64,000 bases of DNA from Candidatus Peregrinibacteria bacterium GW2011_GWF2_43_17 (lineage in GTDB: Bacteria; Patescibacteriota; Gracilibacteria; UBA1369; UBA12470). Shown here piece after piece: positions 8,454 to 19,746 of the stretch. The notes under the pieces were generated by a model, which was not told where the DNA came from, did not search any database, and saw only the letters and a program-made list of their open reading frames with translations. Numbering within the stretch: position 1 is the stretch's first letter; each line of letters starts with the position of its first letter. The position numbers and the translations under genes are program-made. Location: the NCBI GenBank assembly GCA_000999315.1, contig LCFW01000004.1:5540-69539 (forward strand), in the 5' to 3' direction.

Positions 8454-9672
8454 CGCGACCGATTCTCGAACCTCTACAATAAGCCGTCCCGCTAGGCGGG
8501 ACACCGCAATCGACTTTCTCGTCATCGGCTCGGGCGCCGCGGGCCTTAATTTCGCGCTATCCGCATCCAAATATGGCAAGGTTTTAGTGATAACCAAGAA
8601 GAAAATTTCCGATTCCGCAACAGAAAAAGCTCAAGGAGGAATTGCCGCAGTCCTAAATAAAAACGATTCGTTCACATCTCATATAAAAGACACACTCGTC
8701 GCAGGCCATTACAAGAACAAAAAATCGGCAGTCGAATATATTATAAAAAAAGGTCCGGCAGTCATCGCACACCTGAAAAAACTCGGAGTGAAATTCGACA
8801 AAGATTTACGCCGCGAAGGAGGACACTCTGCTCGCAGAATTTCTCACGTCGCCGACAACACGGGTAAAGCGATAGAAGACGCCCTCATCAAAGCTGTCAA
8901 AAAAAATCCGAACACCGAGATCCGCGAATACACGAAAGCCTTAAAAATAATCAAGAAAAACGGCTCGGCAATCGGCATAATCGCAAGCGATGAACAAAAA
9001 AATTGCACATACGAAATCCGAGCAAAAGCAATGATTCTCGCAACCGGCGGGATCGGTCAAAAATTCAAATCGACAACCAACCCGGAAATATCAACCGGCG
9101 ACGGCATCGACATGGCAAAAAAAATCGGCACACGCCTTGCCGACATGAATTACATCCAATTTCACCCAACAGTCTTAAACGCTCCGGGAACACCAAAATT
9201 CCTATTAACAGAAGCTCTTCGCGGAGAAGGCGCCAAAATCGTAAACGAAAAAAAAGAACGATTCATAAATGAACTTCTCCCTCGCGACACAATTTGCAAA
9301 GCAATGGAGAAACAGATAAAACAAGGTCATAAAATCTTCCTCGATTTCACGCACAAAAAAGCCTCTTACACCAAAAAAGCTTTTCCATACGTATATAAAA
9401 ATCTTAAAAAATACGACTTCGATCTGACAAAAGACCTTATCCCAATCGCACCAGCACAACACTATCTCTGCGGAGGAATCGCAGTTGACCTACAAGGCAG
9501 GACATCCATCCCGGGATTATATGCATACGGCGAAACAGCAAGGACCGGCCTTCATGGAGCAAACAGACTTGCATCAAATTCACTGTTAGAAGCAATTGCC
9601 ACAACTATGGAAACGCCAAACGGGATAGTCCGATATTTGTCTTCAAACCCTCTCGAATTTCGCACAAAATAA
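8419..9672 (+). CDS. nadB: L-aspartate oxidase-like flavoprotein, C-terminally short
   Basis: DFLVIGSGAAGL (FAD), AQGGIAAV, EGGHSARRI, TTNPEISTGDG, QFHPT, EALRGEGA and HGANRLASNSLLE motifs. The ORF stops about 25 aa after the last motif, so the usual C-terminal helical domain of about 90 aa is absent. Confidence 0.8.
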   Translation: MKSESSSRKVANATDSRTSTISRPARRDTAIDFLVIGSGAAGLNFALSASKYGKVLVITKKKISDSATEKAQGGIAAVLNKNDSFTSHIKDTLVAGHYKNKKSAVEYIIKKGPAVIAHLKKLGVKFDKDLRREGGHSARRISHVADNTGKAIEDALIKAVKKNPNTEIREYTKALKIIKKNGSAIGIIASDEQKNCTYEIRAKAMILATGGIGQKFKSTTNPEISTGDGIDMAKKIGTRLADMNYIQFHPTVLNAPGTPKFLLTEALRGEGAKIVNEKKERFINELLPRDTICKAMEKQIKQGHKIFLDFTHKKASYTKKAFPYVYKNLKKYDFDLTKDLIPIAPAQHYLCGGIAVDLQGRTSIPGLYAYGETARTGLHGANRLASNSLLEAIATTMETPNGIVRYLSSNPLEFRTK

Positions 9673-9676
9673 CATT

Positions 9677-10771
9677 TTACGCATCAGTCCCTCGTTTGTT
9701 CCCCACCATCCTCATCGCCTGATCCTCAATCGTCAATTTTTCAATCATATCCCCGATATTCCCATCCATAATCGAAGGAATATTGCTGAAATTCACATGG
9801 ATTCTGTGATCGGTAACCCTATCTTGAGGAAAATTATAAGTCCTGATTTTATCCGACCTGTCACCGGAACCGATTTGGCTTAGACGAGCCTCGCCAAGCT
9901 CTTTCTGACGTTTCTCTTGCTCTGCCGCATACAAACGCGACCTCAAAATGGACATCGCTTTAACCTTATTCTTAAGCTGAGATTTCTCATCCTGACATTG
10001 AACAACCAAACCGCTCGGCAAGTGAGTAATCCTAACAGCCGAATCGGTAGTATTGACACTTTGCCCTCCGCATCCACCGGATCTAAAAACATCAATTCTC
10101 AAATCCTGATCGCTTATCTTAATTTCAAGTTCTTCAACTTCAGGCAAAACAACAACAGAAGCGGTAGAGGTATGTATCCTGCCTTGAGCTTCTGTCGCAG
10201 GCACTCTTTGAACTCTGTGAACACCACTCTCATACTTCATCCGACCATAAGCTCCTTCTCCGTTAACCTTAAAAATAACTTCTTTAATACCATGATCGCT
10301 GTTACTCCTGCTCATCAACTCAACCTTAAACCTCTCTCTTTCAAGATACTTCATATACATCCTCATAAGCTCTTCGCCAAACATAGATGCCTCTTCCCCC
10401 CCCGTTCCGGCACGAATTTCAATAATACAATTCTTTTCATCGTTTGGATCTTTTGGTAAAAGTTCGACCTTTATTTGTTCTGAAAGTTTTTCGACCTGCT
10501 CTCTCGCACCCCCGAGCTCTTCTTTCGCCATCTCCCTCATCTCCTCATCATTTTCGGTCTCCAAAATACCCTCCGAACCGGCAATAATTTGGGACACCTT
10601 CTTAAACTCTTGAAAAAGAGCAACCACTTTCCCAAGTTCCTTATGCCTCCTGCCGGCACTGGCATATTCGCGAGAATTGGCAATCAACTTGGGATCACCA
10701 AGACCGGATTCGAGTTTCAGAAACTCGTCCTCGATTTCCTGCAACTTCTTTATGTGTAGTTCGTCAATCAT
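9677..10771 (-). CDS. prfA: Peptide chain release factor 1
   Basis: GGQ motif ([24 protein letters not shown]) and the RF1-type PAT tripeptide ([14 protein letters not shown]). Confidence 0.95.
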   Translation of the reverse strand: MIDELHIKKLQEIEDEFLKLESGLGDPKLIANSREYASAGRRHKELGKVVALFQEFKKVSQIIAGSEGILETENDEEMREMAKEELGGAREQVEKLSEQIKVELLPKDPNDEKNCIIEIRAGTGGEEASMFGEELMRMYMKYLERERFKVELMSRSNSDHGIKEVIFKVNGEGAYGRMKYESGVHRVQRVPATEAQGRIHTSTASVVVLPEVEELEIKISDQDLRIDVFRSGGCGGQSVNTTDSAVRITHLPSGLVVQCQDEKSQLKNKVKAMSILRSRLYAAEQEKRQKELGEARLSQIGSGDRSDKIRTYNFPQDRVTDHRIHVNFSNIPSIMDGNIGDMIEKLTIEDQAMRMVGNKRGTDA

Positions 10772-11604
10772 AAACTTATTATAAAATTTCTATCGAGTCC
10801 CGACAAGTCCTGCTTAACAGTATACACGGCTTTTGGGAAATATTTCTTGATATCTTCTTTTAAAATCTCCGCATGCAAAAAACCAAACTCACCAAGAATA
10901 TAAGAAGGCTTCATCCCATAATCTAAAATTCGCACGAACAATTTCCTGTATAATTCAAGACCGTCATTTCCACCATACAAAGCCACATTCGGTTCGTATT
11001 TCGTAACATTCGTCTCCACGAAATTATATTTTTCGGTTCCAATATAGGGCAAATTCGCGACTATAATATCAAAATCGACATCCTTAACGGGTTCAAGCAA
11101 ATCACCACAACGAAGATCAACCTTCGCTCCCAAATCTTCGATATTTTTTCTCGCAACCTCGCAAGCCACTTCACTAACTTCTGTCGCATAGATCTCAAGA
11201 TTTTTTGAATTTTTAGCTAAAGAAATGGAGATTGCGGCACATCCGGTCCCAACATCGACAACTCGAACAACTTTTTTGCTCGCGAATCGCGGACCTTGGC
11301 TTAAATCAAGCACTTCCGACACCAACGATTCCGTCTCAGGTCGAGGAATCAGCACTCGCCCATCAACATAAAAATCCATCGCGAAAAACTCTTTTTTATT
11401 AACCAAATAAGCAACAGGCTCACTCTGCAAAAACCTAGTCCATAATTCATGAAACCCTTTAACATCCCGAATCGACAACTCAAAATCATCATGAGCTATA
11501 ACCCACTCTTTAGACTTTTTAAGGGAAAAAGCCAACAAAACCTCGGCTTCCAAGGATTTTTTATCAACCTTTGCCTTACTTAAAATATCCGCGATTCTCA
11601 TCAA
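10768..11604 (-). CDS. prmC: Release-factor glutamine N5-methyltransferase
   Basis: SAM motif [11 protein letters not shown] and an NPPY-like catalytic motif, ANLPYIG. ATGA-coupled to prfA. Confidence 0.85.
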   Translation of the reverse strand: MMRIADILSKAKVDKKSLEAEVLLAFSLKKSKEWVIAHDDFELSIRDVKGFHELWTRFLQSEPVAYLVNKKEFFAMDFYVDGRVLIPRPETESLVSEVLDLSQGPRFASKKVVRVVDVGTGCAAISISLAKNSKNLEIYATEVSEVACEVARKNIEDLGAKVDLRCGDLLEPVKDVDFDIIVANLPYIGTEKYNFVETNVTKYEPNVALYGGNDGLELYRKLFVRILDYGMKPSYILGEFGFLHAEILKEDIKKYFPKAVYTVKQDLSGLDRNFIISL

Positions 11605-11606
11605 TA

Positions 11607-11810
11607 CTAATAATGTTGCTTCCTTGCTCTTTCAGCACGGTATTTGGCGGCCATAATAGCGTATTTTTTCTGAGCTACACGACTACGCTTTTTCTTCTTG
11701 AATTTTTTCGCCTTACTTTCAAGAATTACTCGGCTTTTGCCAACAACTTTATTGAAAATATTAACCAGTCTGTCGTTCGAAATCTTGCTATGTTTTATAA
11801 CTCCTATCAT
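11607..11810 (-). CDS. rpsU: Probable 30S ribosomal protein bS21
   Basis: A 67-aa basic protein, MIGVIKHSKISNDRLVNIFNKVVGKSRVILESKAKKF..KKRSRVAQKK, that follows the S21 pattern. GGAGG lies 10 nt upstream of ATG 11810. Confidence 0.5.
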   Translation of the reverse strand: MIGVIKHSKISNDRLVNIFNKVVGKSRVILESKAKKFKKKKRSRVAQKKYAIMAAKYRAERARKQHY

Positions 11811-11886
11811 CTTAAAGTCACCTCCCTTCGAAATTATTAAATAAAAAAGCACGGGTATTTTACCTGTACAGGGGATGAAGTCAACC

Positions 11887-12192
11887 TTAAACTTTCTTAA
11901 AAACTCCTTTCATAAATCTCACCACATCTTCGCTCAAGGCATAAACTTTTCCTTCCACAACCCTGAGAATCGCGCAATCCACGTCATCCGAAAGATTGAT
12001 ATTTTCCTCAAAAACCCAGTGATCGCCTTTCATTCTTTTAAAAACATACGTCGCAATACCCTTTGATTTCTTATTCAACTTATCAATAAATTGCCTGAAT
12101 TCATCTGAAGTCGCAACAAACAAATCCTGAGACTCGCAAGCAGCCTCAAACACAAGCTCCTCATCGTCATTTAGATCGAAAACAAAATTCAT
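11887..12192 (-). CDS. Hypothetical protein (101 aa, acidic)
   Basis: Open frame only; no motif recognised. Confidence 0.4.
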   Translation of the reverse strand: MNFVFDLNDDEELVFEAACESQDLFVATSDEFRQFIDKLNKKSKGIATYVFKRMKGDHWVFEENINLSDDVDCAILRVVEGKVYALSEDVVRFMKGVFKKV

Positions 12193-12247
12193 CTTTTATT
12201 TTTATATCTACAAATTATACTACAAAATAGTCTGATAGTCCAACAAA

Positions 12248-12420
12248 CTAAAGGAACCTCTGAAAAATGTGGTTCCGTTACGAAATTCTCATTCTTTCGA
12301 GCGAAAATAGCGAAAACCGACGAAGTCGTCCCGCTTAGCGGGACGTCGAGGAGGTCTGAGCTGTTTGCAGCCGAAAGATGGGAATTGCAGTAGGAAGTAT
12401 GTTTTTCAGAGGTTCCCTAA
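12248..12420 (+). repeat. Palindromic intergenic element, copy E1 (173 nt, MITE-like or structured RNA)
   Basis: 15-bp perfect terminal inverted repeat GGAACCTCTGAAAAA/TTTTTCAGAGGTTCC, with imperfect pairing continuing inward. The arms 12253-12305 and 12345-12416 are 53/53 and 72/72 identical to the reverse complement of 50527-50579 and 50297-50368. TA lies on both flanks. It sits 30 nt downstream of the gyrB stop. Confidence 0.8.
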
Positions 12421-12450
12421 TAATCACATAGTCCCTATGAGTCTATGGAA

Positions 12451-14364
<1,914 letters not shown>

Positions 14365-14431
14365 TTATTTATTTTTTAAAAGACGTGCGAAATTTTATCA
14401 CAAAAAGACTAAAGATGCGAAATCAAAACGA

Positions 14432-15544
14432 TTACTCGTTTGACCCCCGTTTGAAAGCATTTATCGCGGCCTCAACCCTTACCCTAAAGTTACGTATCAA
14501 GGGTCTTATCCCAGCAAACAAATCCACCTCCGCGGTCGCCTTCTGCCTTTCTCTAACGACAGCCAGCTTATCATCCGTTACACTCAATTTATGACGCACG
14601 GACTCTTCAACCATAGCTATCATTAAAGACAATGTTTCTTCCGTAACACAACCTCTCGCCACAACCAATGGCACGTATTCGCCAATTATATCACCACCCG
14701 CCACCACGGTAACGTCGATATTGTCGTCGCTGACACCGGCACCAACTCGTTCAAAGAGCATCTGGGGCCCGTCAACCTGCGCAAGCTGTTTCCCCTCCCT
14801 ATTCATAATCAAAACCGACCCCTGTTTCAGAACAAAAACATATCCCGGTCTGGATTGCAATTCTTGACCACCACGACATTCAACTTCTTCAACCGGAATC
14901 TGCTTCTCATTGAGCAATTCTTTCAAAACCTCAAGTACCCTTTCATCTCCCGGTTGCATGATCGGCCAAAACTTAAGCTCGCCAAGTTGCTCATTGGCAA
15001 GAGGCAAAACATTGCATCTCAAAAGAGCCAACTTGACCGTATTGGCATCTTTAAGCGACAAACCAAGTTCGGCCATATTAAAAGGAACACTGACAACTTC
15101 GCCATCGCTCGCCGCAATCACATCGGTCGCTCTTCCCTTGGATGGATCGCGAAAACCCAACTCACCTATCGTAGCACCTTTCGGCAGAAAAGATTCGCCA
15201 TAGTCGGTCTTAACATGTATCCCATCCCTATTTAGAACAACCAAAAAACCTTGCCCGAGAGGCAAAGCCTTATTACGACTATCGGGAATTTCCCCCCTGC
15301 GCATAAGAACGGTGCCGGCATGAACCGAAAATTTCTTTAAGGACGTCGAAAGCCCCGCTAACACATTCCGATCAATACCATCAAACAACGCACAATCGGA
15401 AACAGCATTGAGCAAAGCAAAATCCTGCTTTTCAATTTTCGTTTCAGGCAAAACCACCGGCCTCGGCACATCAGTATCAGCTTCAGACGCAAAACGAAGC
15501 GGTCCACCACCCACAGATTCCCGTGGCTTATTTGGTTCACCCAT
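14432..15544 (-). CDS. Tandem cyclic-nucleotide-binding-like domain protein
   Basis: The first domain has LFDGIDRNVLAGL..GTVLMRRGE and a phosphate-binding-cassette-like GELGFRDPSKGRATDVIAA. A second, weaker beta-roll-like repeat follows. Confidence 0.5.
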   Translation of the reverse strand: MGEPNKPRESVGGGPLRFASEADTDVPRPVVLPETKIEKQDFALLNAVSDCALFDGIDRNVLAGLSTSLKKFSVHAGTVLMRRGEIPDSRNKALPLGQGFLVVLNRDGIHVKTDYGESFLPKGATIGELGFRDPSKGRATDVIAASDGEVVSVPFNMAELGLSLKDANTVKLALLRCNVLPLANEQLGELKFWPIMQPGDERVLEVLKELLNEKQIPVEEVECRGGQELQSRPGYVFVLKQGSVLIMNREGKQLAQVDGPQMLFERVGAGVSDDNIDVTVVAGGDIIGEYVPLVVARGCVTEETLSLMIAMVEESVRHKLSVTDDKLAVVRERQKATAEVDLFAGIRPLIRNFRVRVEAAINAFKRGSNE

Positions 15545-15650
15545 AAATAAATACTTTTAAAAAATTAAAACATAAAAATGTTAACTCGCCACCACTATAA
15601 CGTCAAAAAAAATATGATGACTTAAAAGGTATTTTTACGTGAAATACATC

Positions 15651-17909
15651 TCAATCACCGGTAATCAGTGATTGAATATCTTCAATTCCGGAAACCTCCC
15701 CGTCCACATAAACTTCGCTCAAACTTCCGTCATCCAGATCCACAACGAAATCAAGAACCGTCTCTCCTGCAATCGCACCCCGCACCTCGAATATATTCTC
15801 ATCAACCTCGACAAAAACAACATTTTTTTCCGCCGCTTCAATCCCGAATTCACTCAAGTACTCTATCAATAAAACTATCGCGGCCTCCTCGGTGGAAGAA
15901 AACCCCTCTTCGACTTCCGCTTCCTCTGCATCCGAAATCACCTCGTCGGTGATCTCTCCTTCCTCAACTCCCGACACAACTTCGCTCAAATCGTCCAAAC
16001 TCACTCCCGTCGTAAATCTGGACTCTCCGACCGCAAGATCGTAAACAAGCTTACTCTCTCTGTCATATTTAGCCTCAAAAGAAACCCCTCCAGCCTCAGC
16101 GCCATTAAGTTCGAAAAGTCTGTAAGCATTATCTCCCATTGAAATTATCGCCGTATAAGAAATTCCGGCGGTTTCCAAATCGGAATAAACAATCTCTTTC
16201 GCTTCGGTAAGAGTCAATCCGCTCGACGATTCATCACCCAAATGCAAGTTTTGCAAATAATTTCTCAAATCCTCGACATCCTGCTCTTTAGCAACAAACG
16301 CCTCATATTTTTCATCGAAAGTACCGCTCGTACTCTCATATTCAACCGAATTTATAAATTTCAAAACCAACCACCCTTCTGAAATCTCTTCCTCGTAATA
16401 AGACAAAATCGACGCCGTTGATTCAACTTCGCTCGCCAAAACTTCCGCGTCATCAAGCAAAAAACCGAGCAAATCGGTAGCCTCCGCGACAGACATCTGC
16501 GAAAGCGCCAGCAAATCCGTAACGGAATTTACAACATCAACCTTATCGGCGATAAAAACAAGCCTCTCCTCATCCAAATCGGTCCCCGAAATCGCAACCT
16601 TGAATATCGCCTGCTCAAAACTTTCAAGAAGATCGAAATAATCGGTATCATAAAACCCCTCCTCCTTCAAAAGCAACACGGACAAAAGCTCACGCTCCTC
16701 GTTTATATCATCCCGATAAACCGAAAGTTCATCCGCCGACATCCCGAGAAAATCCCACCATCCCCTTTCGTAATCGGAAAAAGCCTCTTTCGCGAAAGCC
16801 ATTTCGCCATCATCGCACAAATCATACATTTCATTAAGCCTGTCCCTCAAAACAACCATCTGCCCATCATAAGAATCGCCCCACAAAACTTCTCTCAAAT
16901 AATTTTTAACGACATACAAATCATCCCCATACAAAGAATTGTTCAAAACAACACTCACATAATTCAAATAAGGAAGATATTTTTCATCTATAACGCTTGA
17001 AATATCTTGCAGTTCGGAAAGCGCATCCTCAGCCGAACCTTTCGCGCTCAAATACAGCGCCGCATTCAATTTATTAATGGATTCGGACTTGCTCCATTCA
17101 TCTTTTTTCGATTCGGAAAATGTTAAAATTTCTCTCAACTTATCAACAATTTCACCCCCACTCTCGCCGACATAATCGTCATACTCGTACAAGACCATCG
17201 CCTCGAAATCGCCCAAAATATCGGAATATCTCAAATCGTCAATCTTCGCATAATCGGCAAGCCCTTCGCGCGCTTGATTCTCGGTCAATTTATAAAAAGG
17301 ATACTCTTTTACCAATTTCGCATATCTCAAATCCGAAACCACGGAACTCGGCACGCCCCTCTCAAGCTCGACATAATAACCTTGCGGTAAAATATAATCG
17401 TTCAAAGAGTTACCGCTTTCATCGAGAAAATAAACACTCACCGGATGCTTGTAAGCATAAGCGAAATACCCGTTTTCGTTCACTTCGACATAATAATAAC
17501 CGTCAACATTTTGGAACATATACCCGTCAACTTTTATCATCAAATCCAAAACCCCGCCCATATTTGAAATCCACGCACTTCCCTCTTCCAAAGTCATGGA
17601 AACGGTATAAAAACCATCTTCGTCGGTAACATCACCAACATTGATCGCGGAACCTTCGGAAAAACGCACGACATCTATACCATCAAAAACAACTTCCGAC
17701 TTGGACTCGAAATCATACTCCCCCACGGAAAACTCGTTTTGAACCCCGTCTTCCATCAGATAAACCGCATCATCCAAAACGGTTTCCGCCTCGAAATCTT
17801 TCAGAAAAGTCACCCATAAAAAAATCCCGAACAAAAAACTCGCAACCAAAAAAAACATGAGAAACCTGGCAAAAAGTCCTTTATTCAAACCGGTAAAATC
17901 ATCCGACAT
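15651..17909 (-). CDS. Large acidic membrane-anchored protein (752 aa), function unknown
   Basis: Single N-terminal TM helix (FLMFFLVASFLFGIFLWVTFL) followed by about 700 aa that are very Asp/Glu/Tyr-rich. The long uninterrupted frame supports coding. Confidence 0.6.
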   Translation of the reverse strand: MSDDFTGLNKGLFARFLMFFLVASFLFGIFLWVTFLKDFEAETVLDDAVYLMEDGVQNEFSVGEYDFESKSEVVFDGIDVVRFSEGSAINVGDVTDEDGFYTVSMTLEEGSAWISNMGGVLDLMIKVDGYMFQNVDGYYYVEVNENGYFAYAYKHPVSVYFLDESGNSLNDYILPQGYYVELERGVPSSVVSDLRYAKLVKEYPFYKLTENQAREGLADYAKIDDLRYSDILGDFEAMVLYEYDDYVGESGGEIVDKLREILTFSESKKDEWSKSESINKLNAALYLSAKGSAEDALSELQDISSVIDEKYLPYLNYVSVVLNNSLYGDDLYVVKNYLREVLWGDSYDGQMVVLRDRLNEMYDLCDDGEMAFAKEAFSDYERGWWDFLGMSADELSVYRDDINEERELLSVLLLKEEGFYDTDYFDLLESFEQAIFKVAISGTDLDEERLVFIADKVDVVNSVTDLLALSQMSVAEATDLLGFLLDDAEVLASEVESTASILSYYEEEISEGWLVLKFINSVEYESTSGTFDEKYEAFVAKEQDVEDLRNYLQNLHLGDESSSGLTLTEAKEIVYSDLETAGISYTAIISMGDNAYRLFELNGAEAGGVSFEAKYDRESKLVYDLAVGESRFTTGVSLDDLSEVVSGVEEGEITDEVISDAEEAEVEEGFSSTEEAAIVLLIEYLSEFGIEAAEKNVVFVEVDENIFEVRGAIAGETVLDFVVDLDDGSLSEVYVDGEVSGIEDIQSLITGD

Positions 17910-18012
17910 ACTCTCTTTATTTTTATTCGCAAGAAATTATAACACGATTTGCAAAACTGAAAAAATTAATATATAAGGAACCCCCTGTAAATTTTTAAAT
18001 CAAACAATACTC

Positions 18013-19746
18013 ATGAAAAAGATCATTATAGGATGTGTAACAATCCTTATCGCTCTAAATGCGACCTTGGCTTACGCTCAATTTACCGACGTATCGGAAG
18101 ACAACGAATACTATTATGCGATTTCGTATCTCGAATCCAACGGGACGATAGCCGCAAACGCAGACGATTTATTCTACCCCGATAGAGATATAAACAAGGC
18201 TGAATTTTACAAAATGCTTCTTGCAGACTCCGGTTTCGATCCCAAAGGACAAAAAGACGCGGACAACCAATTCGATGACTTAAAAGGAGACGAATGGTAC
18301 GCACCATACGCAAACAAAGCGGCCAAAATAGGATTGATAGATTTAGCCGGAGAACCTGACAATTTTTATGCCAACAGACCAATTACAAGAGGCGAAGCGG
18401 TTAAAATAATGATGGAATGGGCGGGCATACCGATACCCATGTATATAGACGAGGGAGATTTCGATCTGCCTTACAAAGACACGTCGTACACGAATATATA
18501 CGCGCCTTACATCGAAATGGCATTATCGATAGGATTGATGGAACCATATAATGAAAATTATTTCGGCACATATAAGAAAATCACCAGAGCAGAAGCGGCA
18601 CAATTGATATATCTTTTCGACAGTTTCGCCGTAACCGACGCATATTTGGAATCAATCGCGGACGAAATCCGAGCAAACCTCGACATCCCATACTTACTGA
18701 TACTTGAAGACGTTTACACCAGATTAACGGAAGATTACTACGGAGGCGGACTTAACGGTGAAGAGTTGATGTACTCCGCAATCGAAGGGATGGTAAATTC
18801 AATCGAAGACGTAAACACAACATATTTCTTACCGGACGCCGCCACATCTTTCACCCAGTTATTAAGCGGAAACTTCGAAGGAATCGGCGTTTATCTCCAG
18901 ACAAATGAAGACGGCACGATTGAGATAATGCAAGTTATAGAGGAAGCACCGGCCGAAACGGCGGGCCTCTTGGCGGGAGACATTATCCTCGAAGTGGACG
19001 GAGTATCAACCGAAGGGCTCAATGTCGAAGAAGTTGCAAGCCTGATCAGGGGAGAAGTGGGAACCGATGTCAGCATCAAAATACACCGAGAAAACAGCAA
19101 CTCTTCGGAAACGACGGTTATCACTGTTACACGAGCCGAATTCGAAATCGAATATGTATCGGCGGAAATAATAAACAGAAATATCCTCTATTACGATTTG
19201 GCAAGTTTCGGAGAATTCACGGGACTGGATTTTGAAGAACTGACAACGGATATGCTCGAAGATTACGACGTGGAAGGCGTTATCGTAGACTTAAGAGATA
19301 ATGGTGGCGGATATCTGACCACATGCGCAGACATCATGTCGCACTTTATAACGGATGATGGAGAAATTATGATCATCAAAACAAACTACGACGAAACAAC
19401 ATACTACTCCGAAGGACCGGCGGATCTGAACGGATTGCCATTAATAATCTTGGTAAACGGCAACAGCGCCTCGGCATCCGAAATAATGGCGGCTGTTTTG
19501 CAAGAATACGACCAAGCGACAATCATCGGCACTCAATCTTACGGCAAAGGTAGTGCTCAAGATGTAGTCACTTACTACGACGGCTCAAGCTTGAAAATTA
19601 CAATAGCTCACTGGCTCACGCCGGGAGGACAAGACCTTAACGGAATCGGGGTAACTCCGGATATCGAAATCGAAGATGCCGTAACCAGCGACGACGACGA
19701 ACAACTTGAAAAAGCGGTGGAAGAACTAAAGGAAATGATGGAATAG
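18013..19746 (+). CDS. ctpA: S41 carboxy-terminal processing peptidase with three N-terminal SLH-like repeats and a PDZ domain
   Basis: Signal peptide; three repeats of about 55 aa with SLH character (FTDVSEDNEYYYAISYLESNG.., ..WYAPYANKAAKIGLID.., ..YAPYIEMALSIGLM..); PDZ (GLLAGDIILEVDG); S41 core (DLRDNGGG, NGNSASASE, G..SYGKG). Confidence 0.85.
   Translation: MKKIIIGCVTILIALNATLAYAQFTDVSEDNEYYYAISYLESNGTIAANADDLFYPDRDINKAEFYKMLLADSGFDPKGQKDADNQFDDLKGDEWYAPYANKAAKIGLIDLAGEPDNFYANRPITRGEAVKIMMEWAGIPIPMYIDEGDFDLPYKDTSYTNIYAPYIEMALSIGLMEPYNENYFGTYKKITRAEAAQLIYLFDSFAVTDAYLESIADEIRANLDIPYLLILEDVYTRLTEDYYGGGLNGEELMYSAIEGMVNSIEDVNTTYFLPDAATSFTQLLSGNFEGIGVYLQTNEDGTIEIMQVIEEAPAETAGLLAGDIILEVDGVSTEGLNVEEVASLIRGEVGTDVSIKIHRENSNSSETTVITVTRAEFEIEYVSAEIINRNILYYDLASFGEFTGLDFEELTTDMLEDYDVEGVIVDLRDNGGGYLTTCADIMSHFITDDGEIMIIKTNYDETTYYSEGPADLNGLPLIILVNGNSASASEIMAAVLQEYDQATIIGTQSYGKGSAQDVVTYYDGSSLKITIAHWLTPGGQDLNGIGVTPDIEIEDAVTSDDDEQLEKAVEELKEMME

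Noticed and set aside
12268-12339. Short ORFs starting inside the palindromic elements: E1 MWFRYEILILSSENSENRRSRPA, E2 a 29-codon variant, and E3 [23 protein letters not shown] at about 60699-60770
   Set aside because: The reading frames are a by-product of the conserved nucleotide blocks. Differences between copies are multi-nucleotide and non-synonymous, and there is no ribosome-binding site. Noted in the E3 finding but not called as genes.
14374-14400. TTTTAAAAGACGTGCGAAATTTTA upstream of gyrB, which resembles the left end of E3 (TTTTAAAAGACGTCTGCAAAAGTACAATTTTA)
   Set aside because: It shares about 13 contiguous nt in AT-rich sequence, has no inverted partner and lacks the remaining blocks. 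This is insufficient to call a remnant copy.
17974-17987. TAAGGAACCCCCTG upstream of the S41 protease gene, which resembles the E1/E2 terminus (TAAGGAACCTCTG)
   Set aside because: It is only a 12/13-nt similarity, with no partner arm and no internal element blocks. It could be chance in a short motif.
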